This document shows, one piece after another, positions 8,563 through 15,590 of a DNA stretch of 64,000 nt. The stretch is taken from contig SXSK01000318.1 of NCBI GenBank assembly GCA_005793375.1, positions 905 through 64,904 on the forward strand, given 5' to 3'. The DNA is from Verrucomicrobiales bacterium (GTDB lineage: Bacteria; Verrucomicrobiota; Verrucomicrobiia; Limisphaerales; UBA9464). A program made the position numbers and the translations under genes. Numbering within the stretch: the stretch's first letter is position 1; every line of letters starts with the position of its first letter. The notes under the pieces are model-generated. The model saw only the letters and a list, made by a program, of their open reading frames with translations, ran no database searches and was not told the DNA's origin.

Positions 8563-9998
8563 AGCATTGGCTCCAAAAGAAACGTGGGACGTCGGTGTTG
8601 GGGCTCAGCCTCGACGGCCTGCGACTGGATGGCGTCTGGGTCCGTCGCACCAATGGTTCCGCTCAGGTCGCGCGCACCTTTTCGATTATCCTCACCAAGG
8701 ATCTTCTGGGCCCGGAAGGGGGAGCTGCGGCGCTGGAACTTCGTCAGCAGTTGGACAAACACGAGATCCGCGAACGTCAGTGTGCCGTCTGCTTGCCGAT
8801 GTCCTGGGTGCTCGGGGTGTCGACTCCCTTGCCGGAATTGCCTGAAGAAGATGTGCCGGAATTCCTCGATCTCGAGGCGGAACGAGTTTTTCCGTATGCT
8901 CCAGAAGATCTAGTGATGGTTCGCTCGCACTTTCAAACGCCCAGTGGTGGTAAGCATGGGACGCAGTTGGCGGTAGCGCGCGAGAACATTCAGAAATTGG
9001 AACTGGCACTGCGCTCTGCGCGCCTGGTGCCGGTGGCGTTTTCCGTGGGATTGCCCTTGATTGACCAGGCTCTAGCCACTCAGCCGAATTCGGGGGTTAC
9101 GCTTTCAGTGGATCGTTGCGTGATCGGCTTGATGGTTACGGCGGGTGGTGGGATCGCCGCGTTGAGAACACTGGCGACTGCTGTCGAAGTCGGTGAAAAC
9201 GGGCCGAAAATCGACACAGAATCCCTCGGGCGGGAATTGCGCATCAGCCTGGGTCAATTGCCGCCGGATGTCCGCGAGGTGGTGACGCAGTTGCGCGTGA
9301 TTGGTAGCAGGCAATTTGCGGATGTTTTAGCGACTGGGCTAAAATCCCGCGCCGCAACCCTGGGCTTGGCGACTGAGTGTCCCACGCGTTATGCTCCCGG
9401 GCGGCTGGGGGTGAGTGTTCCCGGTGACATCGCGCCGACTCCGGAACTCACGCTCGCCCTGCGTTATGTCACTCGTTCTCTGGGTGATCTGGATTTTTTG
9501 CCGCCACGAATTTCTGGCTGGCAAACTCTGGTCAGCAAGTATTCGTCGAGGAAATTGGCCTATACCGCTATGGTAGCGGGCGCGCTGGCGGCCGTGACCG
9601 TGTGTTTGTTTCTGGTGCAACAAGTTCAGCTGATGCGCTTGGAGTCGCAATGGAAGGAAATTGCGCCGAAAGTGCGCGAGATCGACGAATTTCGCCTCCA
9701 AATCAAACGCTTTCGACCTTGGTACGATGAGTCCTTCCGAAACCTGAGCATCTTGAAACGGTTGGCGGAGGTATTCCCAGAGGATGGGGCTGTTACAGCC
9801 AAGTCGGTCGAGTTACAGGAAACTGGCGCTGTGAGTTGCTCTGGTACGGCCCGCGACAGCGAGTCGTTGACTAAGATGCTGGATCAACTTCGTTCCACAC
9901 CTAGTATTGGCGAAGTACAGGTTGACCAACTCCGCGGAAGGGCCCCTCTCCAATTCACCTTTAATTTTCAATGGGCCAGTAATGGCCGTCAGCCATGA
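8559..9998 (+). CDS. Assembly-platform protein: PilM-like actin-fold domain fused to TM plus PilN-like periplasmic domain (GspL equivalent)
   Basis: ATG 8559 overlaps the gspK TGA (ATGA). N-terminus VLGLSLDGLRLDGVWV...LDLEAERVFPY is PilM/GspL-like. A single TM (LAYTAMVAGALAAVTVCLFLV) is followed by a coiled-coil and ferredoxin-like tail. The upstream 44 codons of the track ORF overlap gspK and look non-coding. Confidence 0.8.
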   Translation: MKHWLQKKRGTSVLGLSLDGLRLDGVWVRRTNGSAQVARTFSIILTKDLLGPEGGAAALELRQQLDKHEIRERQCAVCLPMSWVLGVSTPLPELPEEDVPEFLDLEAERVFPYAPEDLVMVRSHFQTPSGGKHGTQLAVARENIQKLELALRSARLVPVAFSVGLPLIDQALATQPNSGVTLSVDRCVIGLMVTAGGGIAALRTLATAVEVGENGPKIDTESLGRELRISLGQLPPDVREVVTQLRVIGSRQFADVLATGLKSRAATLGLATECPTRYAPGRLGVSVPGDIAPTPELTLALRYVTRSLGDLDFLPPRISGWQTLVSKYSSRKLAYTAMVAGALAAVTVCLFLVQQVQLMRLESQWKEIAPKVREIDEFRLQIKRFRPWYDESFRNLSILKRLAEVFPEDGAVTAKSVELQETGAVSCSGTARDSESLTKMLDQLRSTPSIGEVQVDQLRGRAPLQFTFNFQWASNGRQP

Positions 9999-10534
9999 AT
10001 TTCGATCCCAAGAACCGCCAGCACCTGCTCTTGATCATTGCCGCGATCGGCGTGGCGCTGCTTGCTGGAGATCGTTTGGTGCTGTCGCCGCTCGTCAAAG
10101 CGTGGCAAGACCGAACCACGCGGCTCGCGAAGTTGAGCCGTGATATAGATCAAGGCCGTCAATTGCTCCTCAGTGAACGCTCAGTTCGCGATCGATGGGA
10201 TTCCATGCGGACCAATACGCTTCCCGAGGATGTCTCGATAGCGGAAGGTGGCGTGCTAAAAGCGTTTGATCGGTGGTCGCGGGAAAGTCGCATTAGCATC
10301 ACTTCCGTGAAGCCTCAGTGGAAGCGCAATGCCGAGGATCACGTCACCCTGGAGTGCCGCGTGGATGCCTTCGGCAGTCTCAGCACCCTCGCGCGGTTCT
10401 TGTATGAAGTGGAACGCGACCCTCTCGCATTGCGCGTCGACTTGGTGGAGATCACGTCACGCGATAGCGAGGGCGCCCAACTAACCCTTGGCCTGCAGGT
10501 TAGCGGACTGCTGCTAAACCCACCGGAACTATGA
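9995..10534 (+). CDS. PilO/GspM-like bitopic platform protein
   Basis: 179 aa with N-terminal TM LLLIIAAIGVALLAG, then a coiled-coil and a small alpha/beta domain. Has a 4-nt overlap with both neighbours. Confidence 0.7.
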   Translation: MNFDPKNRQHLLLIIAAIGVALLAGDRLVLSPLVKAWQDRTTRLAKLSRDIDQGRQLLLSERSVRDRWDSMRTNTLPEDVSIAEGGVLKAFDRWSRESRISITSVKPQWKRNAEDHVTLECRVDAFGSLSTLARFLYEVERDPLALRVDLVEITSRDSEGAQLTLGLQVSGLLLNPPEL

Positions 10535-11499
10535 ACGATCTCCACTTTCCGCTGAGTCGGCCCGCTCACTTGACCTCGATATCCTTCCTCAGGGGTTCTT
10601 CCAGGGGCTCGTTTCGTTGGGTGAAATCCCTTCGTGTCGCCCTATCCATGGTCGGGTTGGTGACGCATTGGACATCAGGCAACGCGGCTGATGAAACGGT
10701 GCCGGCGATTCCAACCGAAAACAGCGCCGCAGCGATCCTAGAAGAGAAACCGCGATCCGACTCGACTGCCGACCTGATTGCCACCGAGCCTGACAGGGCA
10801 GCGACGACGAACTCGGTTCCCTCGCCGAATCCAACGGTCAGTGATCCGACCAAAACAAATGGGCCTACCACGACAGCCAAGGAGTCGGATGAAAAGCGAG
10901 ATTCGCGCAGCCGAGAGCGAGAGCGGGATCGACGGCGTCGTGAGCGATCCGGTGCTTCCGCATCTGAATCCATGTCGGAGTCGAAGACCAACGCCGCTGT
11001 GCTCTCGAAGGCCGATTTTGCGGCCTACAAGATCATTACGGATCGCAACATTTTCAGCCCGAGTCGAACAACGCCTTCGGAGGCGAAGAGTGAGACGCGT
11101 CGGGTGCCGAAGGTGGATTCCTTTTGGTTGGTAGGGACCATGAGTTACGACAAGGGTGACTTTGCCTTTTTCGATGGCAGTGATGGGGACTATCGTAAGG
11201 CGATTAAGATCCCCGGAACGATCGCGGGCCATACCATCACAGAAGTCACTGCGGAAGAGGTCACATTGGAGTTTGAAGGGAAGGCTTTGAGGATGCGAAT
11301 GGGATCGCAGCGGCGGCGGGAAGACGCTGGCACCTGGGAGTCTCGCGCTGGGTCAACGATCTCATCGACATCCACGGGGGATTCCCCGACTAGCGGGAGC
11401 GAGAGCGGTACTGAATCCAGCTCCGGTGGAGCTGAGGATGAAATTTTGCAACGGCTACTGAAGAAACGCGAACAGGAGTTGAAAAATGAAAAACCCTAA
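10531..11499 (+). CDS. PilP/GspC-like protein with Arg/Ser/Glu-rich low-complexity linker
   Basis: The C-terminal beta domain FWLVGTMSYDKGDFAFFDGSDGDYRKAIKIPGTIAGHTITEVTAEEVTLEFEG resembles the PilP/GspC HR domain. Central KRDSRSRERERDRRRRERS tract. Position in the operon is just before the secretin. Confidence 0.6.
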   Translation: MNDLHFPLSRPAHLTSISFLRGSSRGSFRWVKSLRVALSMVGLVTHWTSGNAADETVPAIPTENSAAAILEEKPRSDSTADLIATEPDRAATTNSVPSPNPTVSDPTKTNGPTTTAKESDEKRDSRSRERERDRRRRERSGASASESMSESKTNAAVLSKADFAAYKIITDRNIFSPSRTTPSEAKSETRRVPKVDSFWLVGTMSYDKGDFAFFDGSDGDYRKAIKIPGTIAGHTITEVTAEEVTLEFEGKALRMRMGSQRRREDAGTWESRAGSTISSTSTGDSPTSGSESGTESSSGGAEDEILQRLLKKREQELKNEKP

Positions 11500-13150
11500 A
11501 AACTTCCCCTTCTGGTGCTGGCTGATGGTCGGCCTGCTGACCACGGCTGGCCTCCAAGCGCAGGATGCCGAAAAGTCTATTTCCGACACACCTAAATTGG
11601 AGTCCGCCGCTGAATCTGCGGCCACCAAAGACAAAGAACCGGATGTCGACTCCACTCCGGTGCCCCGGTCCCGGGCCGCGCGAACCTCACCGGCATCCGA
11701 ACCCGCCATGCGCCCGGGCGAAGATCGCATGTTGCGCCTCAATTTTCGGGGTGTTCCATTGGAGATGGTTCTCAATTACCTGAGCGATGCGGCTGGCTTC
11801 ATCATCCTGCTCGAGACGGAAGTGAAAGGCAAAGTCGACGTGTGGAGCAATCAACCGGTCACCCAGACGGAAGCGCTTAAGATTCTGGACAGTGTCCTCA
11901 GCAAGAATGGTTATGCGGCGATCCGAAATGAACGGACACTCACCATTGTGAGCAAAGACAGCGCGAAGAAGAGGGACATCCCGGTGAAAACCGGGGCCAA
12001 TCCGTCATCGATCCCCAAGTCCGAGGAAATCGTCACGCAAATCATTCCGATCCGGTTTATCAGCGCATCGCAATTGACCCAAAACCTGCAGTCGCTGCTA
12101 CCGTCTTCGGCGGAGTTGACGGCCAACGAAGCGGGCAACGCGTTGATCATGACGGATACGCAGACGAGCATACGCCGCATCGCTGAAATCGTTCGGGCAT
12201 TGGATACTTCCATTGCTGGAGCGAGCACCATCCGGGTGTATCCCTTGCGTTTTGCCGATTCCAAAGAGTTGGTGAATGTGATCAAGGAATTATTTCCCGC
12301 CCAGGATTCTCGAACTGGTGGGAACACGGGTGGATTTGCCGGCGGATTTGGTGGTCGAAACGGCGGTGGTTTTGGAGGATTTCCCGGCGCTGGTGCCAAC
12401 TTCGGTGGTGGTGGTGGCAACAACCGCGGTGGCACAAGCAGCGGTTCGAATAACCGGGCGAGCGCTTCGAGGGTCGTTGCCGTCGCGGATGAGCGGAGCA
12501 ATTCCGTGATTGTGAATGCGCCGGATGATGTCTTGCCAGAAATTGAGGAATTGATCAACAAGGTCGATACCAGTGTGGAAGATATTACCGAACTTCGGGT
12601 GTTTAAGCTGCGGTACGCCGACCCGAGCGAGATGGCGGATGTGCTGACAGGATTGTTTCCGGATGAATCGAGCAGCACGGATGCGTCGAGGTCGCAGGTT
12701 CGCTTTGGGGGTGCATTTGGTGGGTTCGGTGGGACCCGGGGCGGGGCGGCGGCCAGTGGAAGTGAACGGGCCAAGAAGAAGGGCAAAGTCATTGCCATTC
12801 CGGATGCCCGGACCAGTTCAATCATTGTCAGTGCGGCGCATGAACTGATGGATCAGATTGGTGAGATGGTGGCCCAATTGGATTCGAATCCTGCGCGCAA
12901 ACAGAAGGTATTTGTCTATGACCTGCAGAATGCAGATCCGCAGCAGGTACAGGAAGTATTGCGGAATCTGTTCGAGAGCCAGCAGCAGCAAAGTCGGAAC
13001 AATCGTAGCGGCAACCAGAATCAAAGCAGTGCGCTCAGCACGCGAGCCACGCAGCAGAACAATAACAATAATCGAACCACCACGGGGTTCGGTGGTGGTG
13101 GTGGTGGCGGCGGCGCCGGTGGGGGTGCTGGCCGCGCTGGTGGTCCCTAG
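11486..13150 (+). CDS. Secretin N-domain protein (N0 plus about four N1-N3-type modules), lacks the secretin beta-barrel domain
   Basis: Signal peptide MKNPKNFPFWCWLMVGLLTTAGLQAQ and N0-like LNFRGVPLEMVLNYLSDAAGFIILLE. Repeated modules include IRVYPLRFADSKELVNVIKELF...VVAVADERSNSVIVNAPDDVLPEIEELINKVD. Gly-rich linkers; ends in GFGGGGGGGGAGGGAGRAGGP followed by TAG. Confidence 0.88.
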   Translation: MKNPKNFPFWCWLMVGLLTTAGLQAQDAEKSISDTPKLESAAESAATKDKEPDVDSTPVPRSRAARTSPASEPAMRPGEDRMLRLNFRGVPLEMVLNYLSDAAGFIILLETEVKGKVDVWSNQPVTQTEALKILDSVLSKNGYAAIRNERTLTIVSKDSAKKRDIPVKTGANPSSIPKSEEIVTQIIPIRFISASQLTQNLQSLLPSSAELTANEAGNALIMTDTQTSIRRIAEIVRALDTSIAGASTIRVYPLRFADSKELVNVIKELFPAQDSRTGGNTGGFAGGFGGRNGGGFGGFPGAGANFGGGGGNNRGGTSSGSNNRASASRVVAVADERSNSVIVNAPDDVLPEIEELINKVDTSVEDITELRVFKLRYADPSEMADVLTGLFPDESSSTDASRSQVRFGGAFGGFGGTRGGAAASGSERAKKKGKVIAIPDARTSSIIVSAAHELMDQIGEMVAQLDSNPARKQKVFVYDLQNADPQQVQEVLRNLFESQQQQSRNNRSGNQNQSSALSTRATQQNNNNNRTTTGFGGGGGGGGAGGGAGRAGGP

Positions 13151-13194
13151 TCTGAGATGTCCTGATTCCTCAAAAATATTTTCACGCCAAATTC

Positions 13195-14412
13195 ATGAGT
13201 CTTTCTTTCCATCGTCTAGGAACTCGGTTGACCGCCTCGCTCGGCCTGCTGATGTGTATCGGACAGCTTTGCGTCGTCGCTCAATTTCAAGGTGGCGGCG
13301 GCGGTGCGACGCGTCGCGCCGGCTCCGGCACGGGCCAAACCACCCGTGAGTACCCCAATAATACGCAGGTTGGTGATGCCATGATTTCGATCGATCCGGA
13401 AACCCGGAAGATCATTGTGGTCACCGATGACGAAACCAACCTCCAGATCAAGGACGTGATACAGAGTTTGGATCAACCGCGTCCGCAGGTGCTCATTAAG
13501 GTGGTGTTTCTGGAAGTCACGCACAACAACAGCTCGGACATTGGCGTGGAGGGCGGGTACGTGAAGGGTATCGGCGGCGGGGCTCAAGGCAGCATTGCCA
13601 ATGCGTTCGGCGCGTCCCCACTCAGCCTAGCAGCCACCGGCGCTGTAAATAATGTTCTCGGTCAAAACATTCAGAACTTCTCACCCACACCGCCCGGCGC
13701 GGGGTTGTATCAGATCCTCGGCTCCGACTATCAAGTGGCACTCCGAGCTATTGCTCAGGCTGGCAAGGCCGAAATACTTTCACGCCCGTCGATCCTGGCT
13801 CGCAACAATCAACCGGCAACCATCAGTCTCGGCCAACAGGTGCCGTTGGTCAGCAATACGCGCTTCGATGCCGTGAACGGTCAGATCAATACGGTCACTT
13901 ATCAGAGCGTCGGTATTATCCTTCGGGTCACCCCGTTCATCACGCCCGACGGTCTTGTCGAAATGATTGTCTCACCCGAAACATCCCAACTTGCCGATCG
14001 CAGCCAATGGGTGCCCATTTCCAAAGATGCCCTCGCCCCAGTCATTAATTCGCGTCTCGCAGACACCGTCGTCGTGGTGCCCGACGGTCAAACGGTAATT
14101 ATTGGTGGTCTGATGGAGACCCAGATGAACACCTCCGAAAGCAAAGTTCCGCTGCTCGGCGACATCCCCTGGCTTGGCAACGCTTTCAAGCGCAAGCAAA
14201 AGCAGAGTGTGAAAACGGAGCTGATGATTTTCCTGACTCCGCATATTGTTGCGGCTCCGTCTCAACTGGCCGGTTTGACAGCGGATGAGCGCAAGAATTC
14301 GTTGCTGAAACCTAAGTCGATTTCCGAAGAGGAACTGCATCGCATCATTGATGGCATCCCTATCAAGGACCCCAAGGCCGAGGATTCCAAGTCGTCACGG
14401 AAGCGCCGATGA
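13195..14412 (+). CDS. gspD: Secretin C-domain protein (outer-membrane pore part of GspD/PilQ family) with its own signal peptide
   Basis: Signal peptide MSLSFHRLGTRLTASLGLLMCIGQLCVVAQ and one N3-like half module ISIDPETRKIIVVTDDETNLQIKDVIQSLD. The secretin domain follows: ILSRPSILARNNQPATISLGQQVP...VGIILRVTPFITPDGLVEMIVSPE...VVVPDGQTVIIGGLM...KVPLLGDIPWLGNAFK...ELMIFLTPHIV. Confidence 0.9.
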   Translation: MSLSFHRLGTRLTASLGLLMCIGQLCVVAQFQGGGGGATRRAGSGTGQTTREYPNNTQVGDAMISIDPETRKIIVVTDDETNLQIKDVIQSLDQPRPQVLIKVVFLEVTHNNSSDIGVEGGYVKGIGGGAQGSIANAFGASPLSLAATGAVNNVLGQNIQNFSPTPPGAGLYQILGSDYQVALRAIAQAGKAEILSRPSILARNNQPATISLGQQVPLVSNTRFDAVNGQINTVTYQSVGIILRVTPFITPDGLVEMIVSPETSQLADRSQWVPISKDALAPVINSRLADTVVVVPDGQTVIIGGLMETQMNTSESKVPLLGDIPWLGNAFKRKQKQSVKTELMIFLTPHIVAAPSQLAGLTADERKNSLLKPKSISEEELHRIIDGIPIKDPKAEDSKSSRKRR

Positions 14413-14451
14413 GCCGCGGTTTGAAGCGGCTGACGACGTCCGATGTCGACG

Positions 14452-14964
14452 TCAGGGTTTGACTATGTTCTGTTCTAGAAACCGGATCACATCCTCGAAT
14501 TTTGCGGCATTGTCGGGCGCGAGCGCGGCGAGGAAACGATGGGCTTCGAGACAGCACTGATTCACTTCATCTCGCGAATGGTTGGCGCAATCCGTGGCGA
14601 TGGCATCGGGCCGCGGTGCGGAGGCCTCAGCATCGTGGATCACTTGAAACAGATCGAGGACGAAGATCGTATCGAGCAATTCGGTTATGTGCGCCGCAGG
14701 GTTGACAAGGACGATGCGGGATGCGGCGTTTGGGTTTTGTTGGGAGTGATGCAAGGCGAGTTGGGCCAAGTGTCCGACGAACGTGCTGTCAATTAGCAGA
14801 CAGGACGACAGTTCGAACACGAAACTTTCGTGGCCCTGAGATTGGAGGCGCTGGAGAAGCGAGACGAAGTCAGGCGCGGCGGGCGCAGTCGCCTTGCCGA
14901 CGATCTTCAGGAAAGCCCTCGGCGGATCCGACCACACTAACAGTTTGCAATCAGGCACAGCCAT
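14452..14964 (-). CDS. STAS-domain protein (anti-sigma-factor-antagonist-like fold) with C-terminal extension
   Basis: 170 aa. LKIVGKATAPAAPDFVSLLQRLQSQGHESFVFELSSCLLIDSTFVGHLAQL...IVLVNPAAHITELLDTIFVLDLFQV fits the STAS pattern. Convergent with the secretion operon. Confidence 0.6.
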   Translation of the reverse strand: MAVPDCKLLVWSDPPRAFLKIVGKATAPAAPDFVSLLQRLQSQGHESFVFELSSCLLIDSTFVGHLAQLALHHSQQNPNAASRIVLVNPAAHITELLDTIFVLDLFQVIHDAEASAPRPDAIATDCANHSRDEVNQCCLEAHRFLAALAPDNAAKFEDVIRFLEQNIVKP

Positions 14965-15068
14965 GGCGACAGAACACTCGGAGCCTGAGCGAGTCTCGTC
15001 AAGGGGGACGAACTGCCCCTCGATCAGGCGCCTGTCCTTCGTTCAGGTCGGCGGCGTACCGAAAGGGT

Positions 15069-15548
15069 TTATGGCGTGACGGCGAGACGCTCATCCGTGA
15101 GTTCGCGCCGCATCAAAACCCCTTGTTCCTTGTAAGCCCTTAGTACGAAGTGAGTTGCCGTTGATAGGACCCCTTGAAGCGTACTGAGCTTTTCAGAGAC
15201 GAATTTGGCAACTTCGCGCAGGTTGGTTCCCTCGACTTCCACCAGCAAATCGTACCCGCCGGACATCAAGTGGCAGGACCGCACCTCGGCATGACGCGCA
15301 ATGCGCTCGGCCAGTTTGTCAAAGCCACCACCGCGTTCCGGAGTGATTTTGACCTCGATCAAGGCTCGGACGGTTTCGAGGCCGAGTTTTTCCTCGCTGA
15401 TAATCGCGCGGTACCCAAGGAGAGTGCCATCGGTTTCGTAGGTGCGAATGCGAGCTCGGACATCAAATTCGGTGGTTCCGAGCATGGCGGCCATCTCGGC
15501 GGGATTCAGTGCGGCATTTTCACGAAGGAGTTTTAACAACGGGTCCAT
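15069..15548 (-). CDS. Lrp/AsnC family transcriptional regulator
   Basis: N-terminal HTH (LLKLLRENAALNPAEMAAMLGTTEFDVRARIRTYETDGTLLGY) and a C-terminal RAM/AsnC_trans_reg domain (ALIEVKITPE...HLMSGGYDLLVEVEG). Confidence 0.9.
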   Translation of the reverse strand: MDPLLKLLRENAALNPAEMAAMLGTTEFDVRARIRTYETDGTLLGYRAIISEEKLGLETVRALIEVKITPERGGGFDKLAERIARHAEVRSCHLMSGGYDLLVEVEGTNLREVAKFVSEKLSTLQGVLSTATHFVLRAYKEQGVLMRRELTDERLAVTP

Positions 15549-15590
15549 AGGCGCAGCAAACCGGAAGGTATGGGTGGAGCGAAAGGTTTT

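Noticed and set aside
11911-12825. 304-aa minus-strand ORF, Pro-rich (PPNPPNAPP...)
   Set aside because: It is the mirror image of the Gly-rich (GGN codon) tracts of the secretin N-domain gene on the plus strand. It has no start context or domain features, and the plus-strand frame has clear secretin N-domain motifs.
13148-13197. Secretin split as a simple frameshift or nonsense pseudogene
   Set aside because: The downstream ORF starts with its own basic-hydrophobic signal peptide and is separated by an AT-rich non-coding spacer rather than an overlapping shifted frame. I therefore treat it as a genuine two-gene arrangement pending read-level verification.
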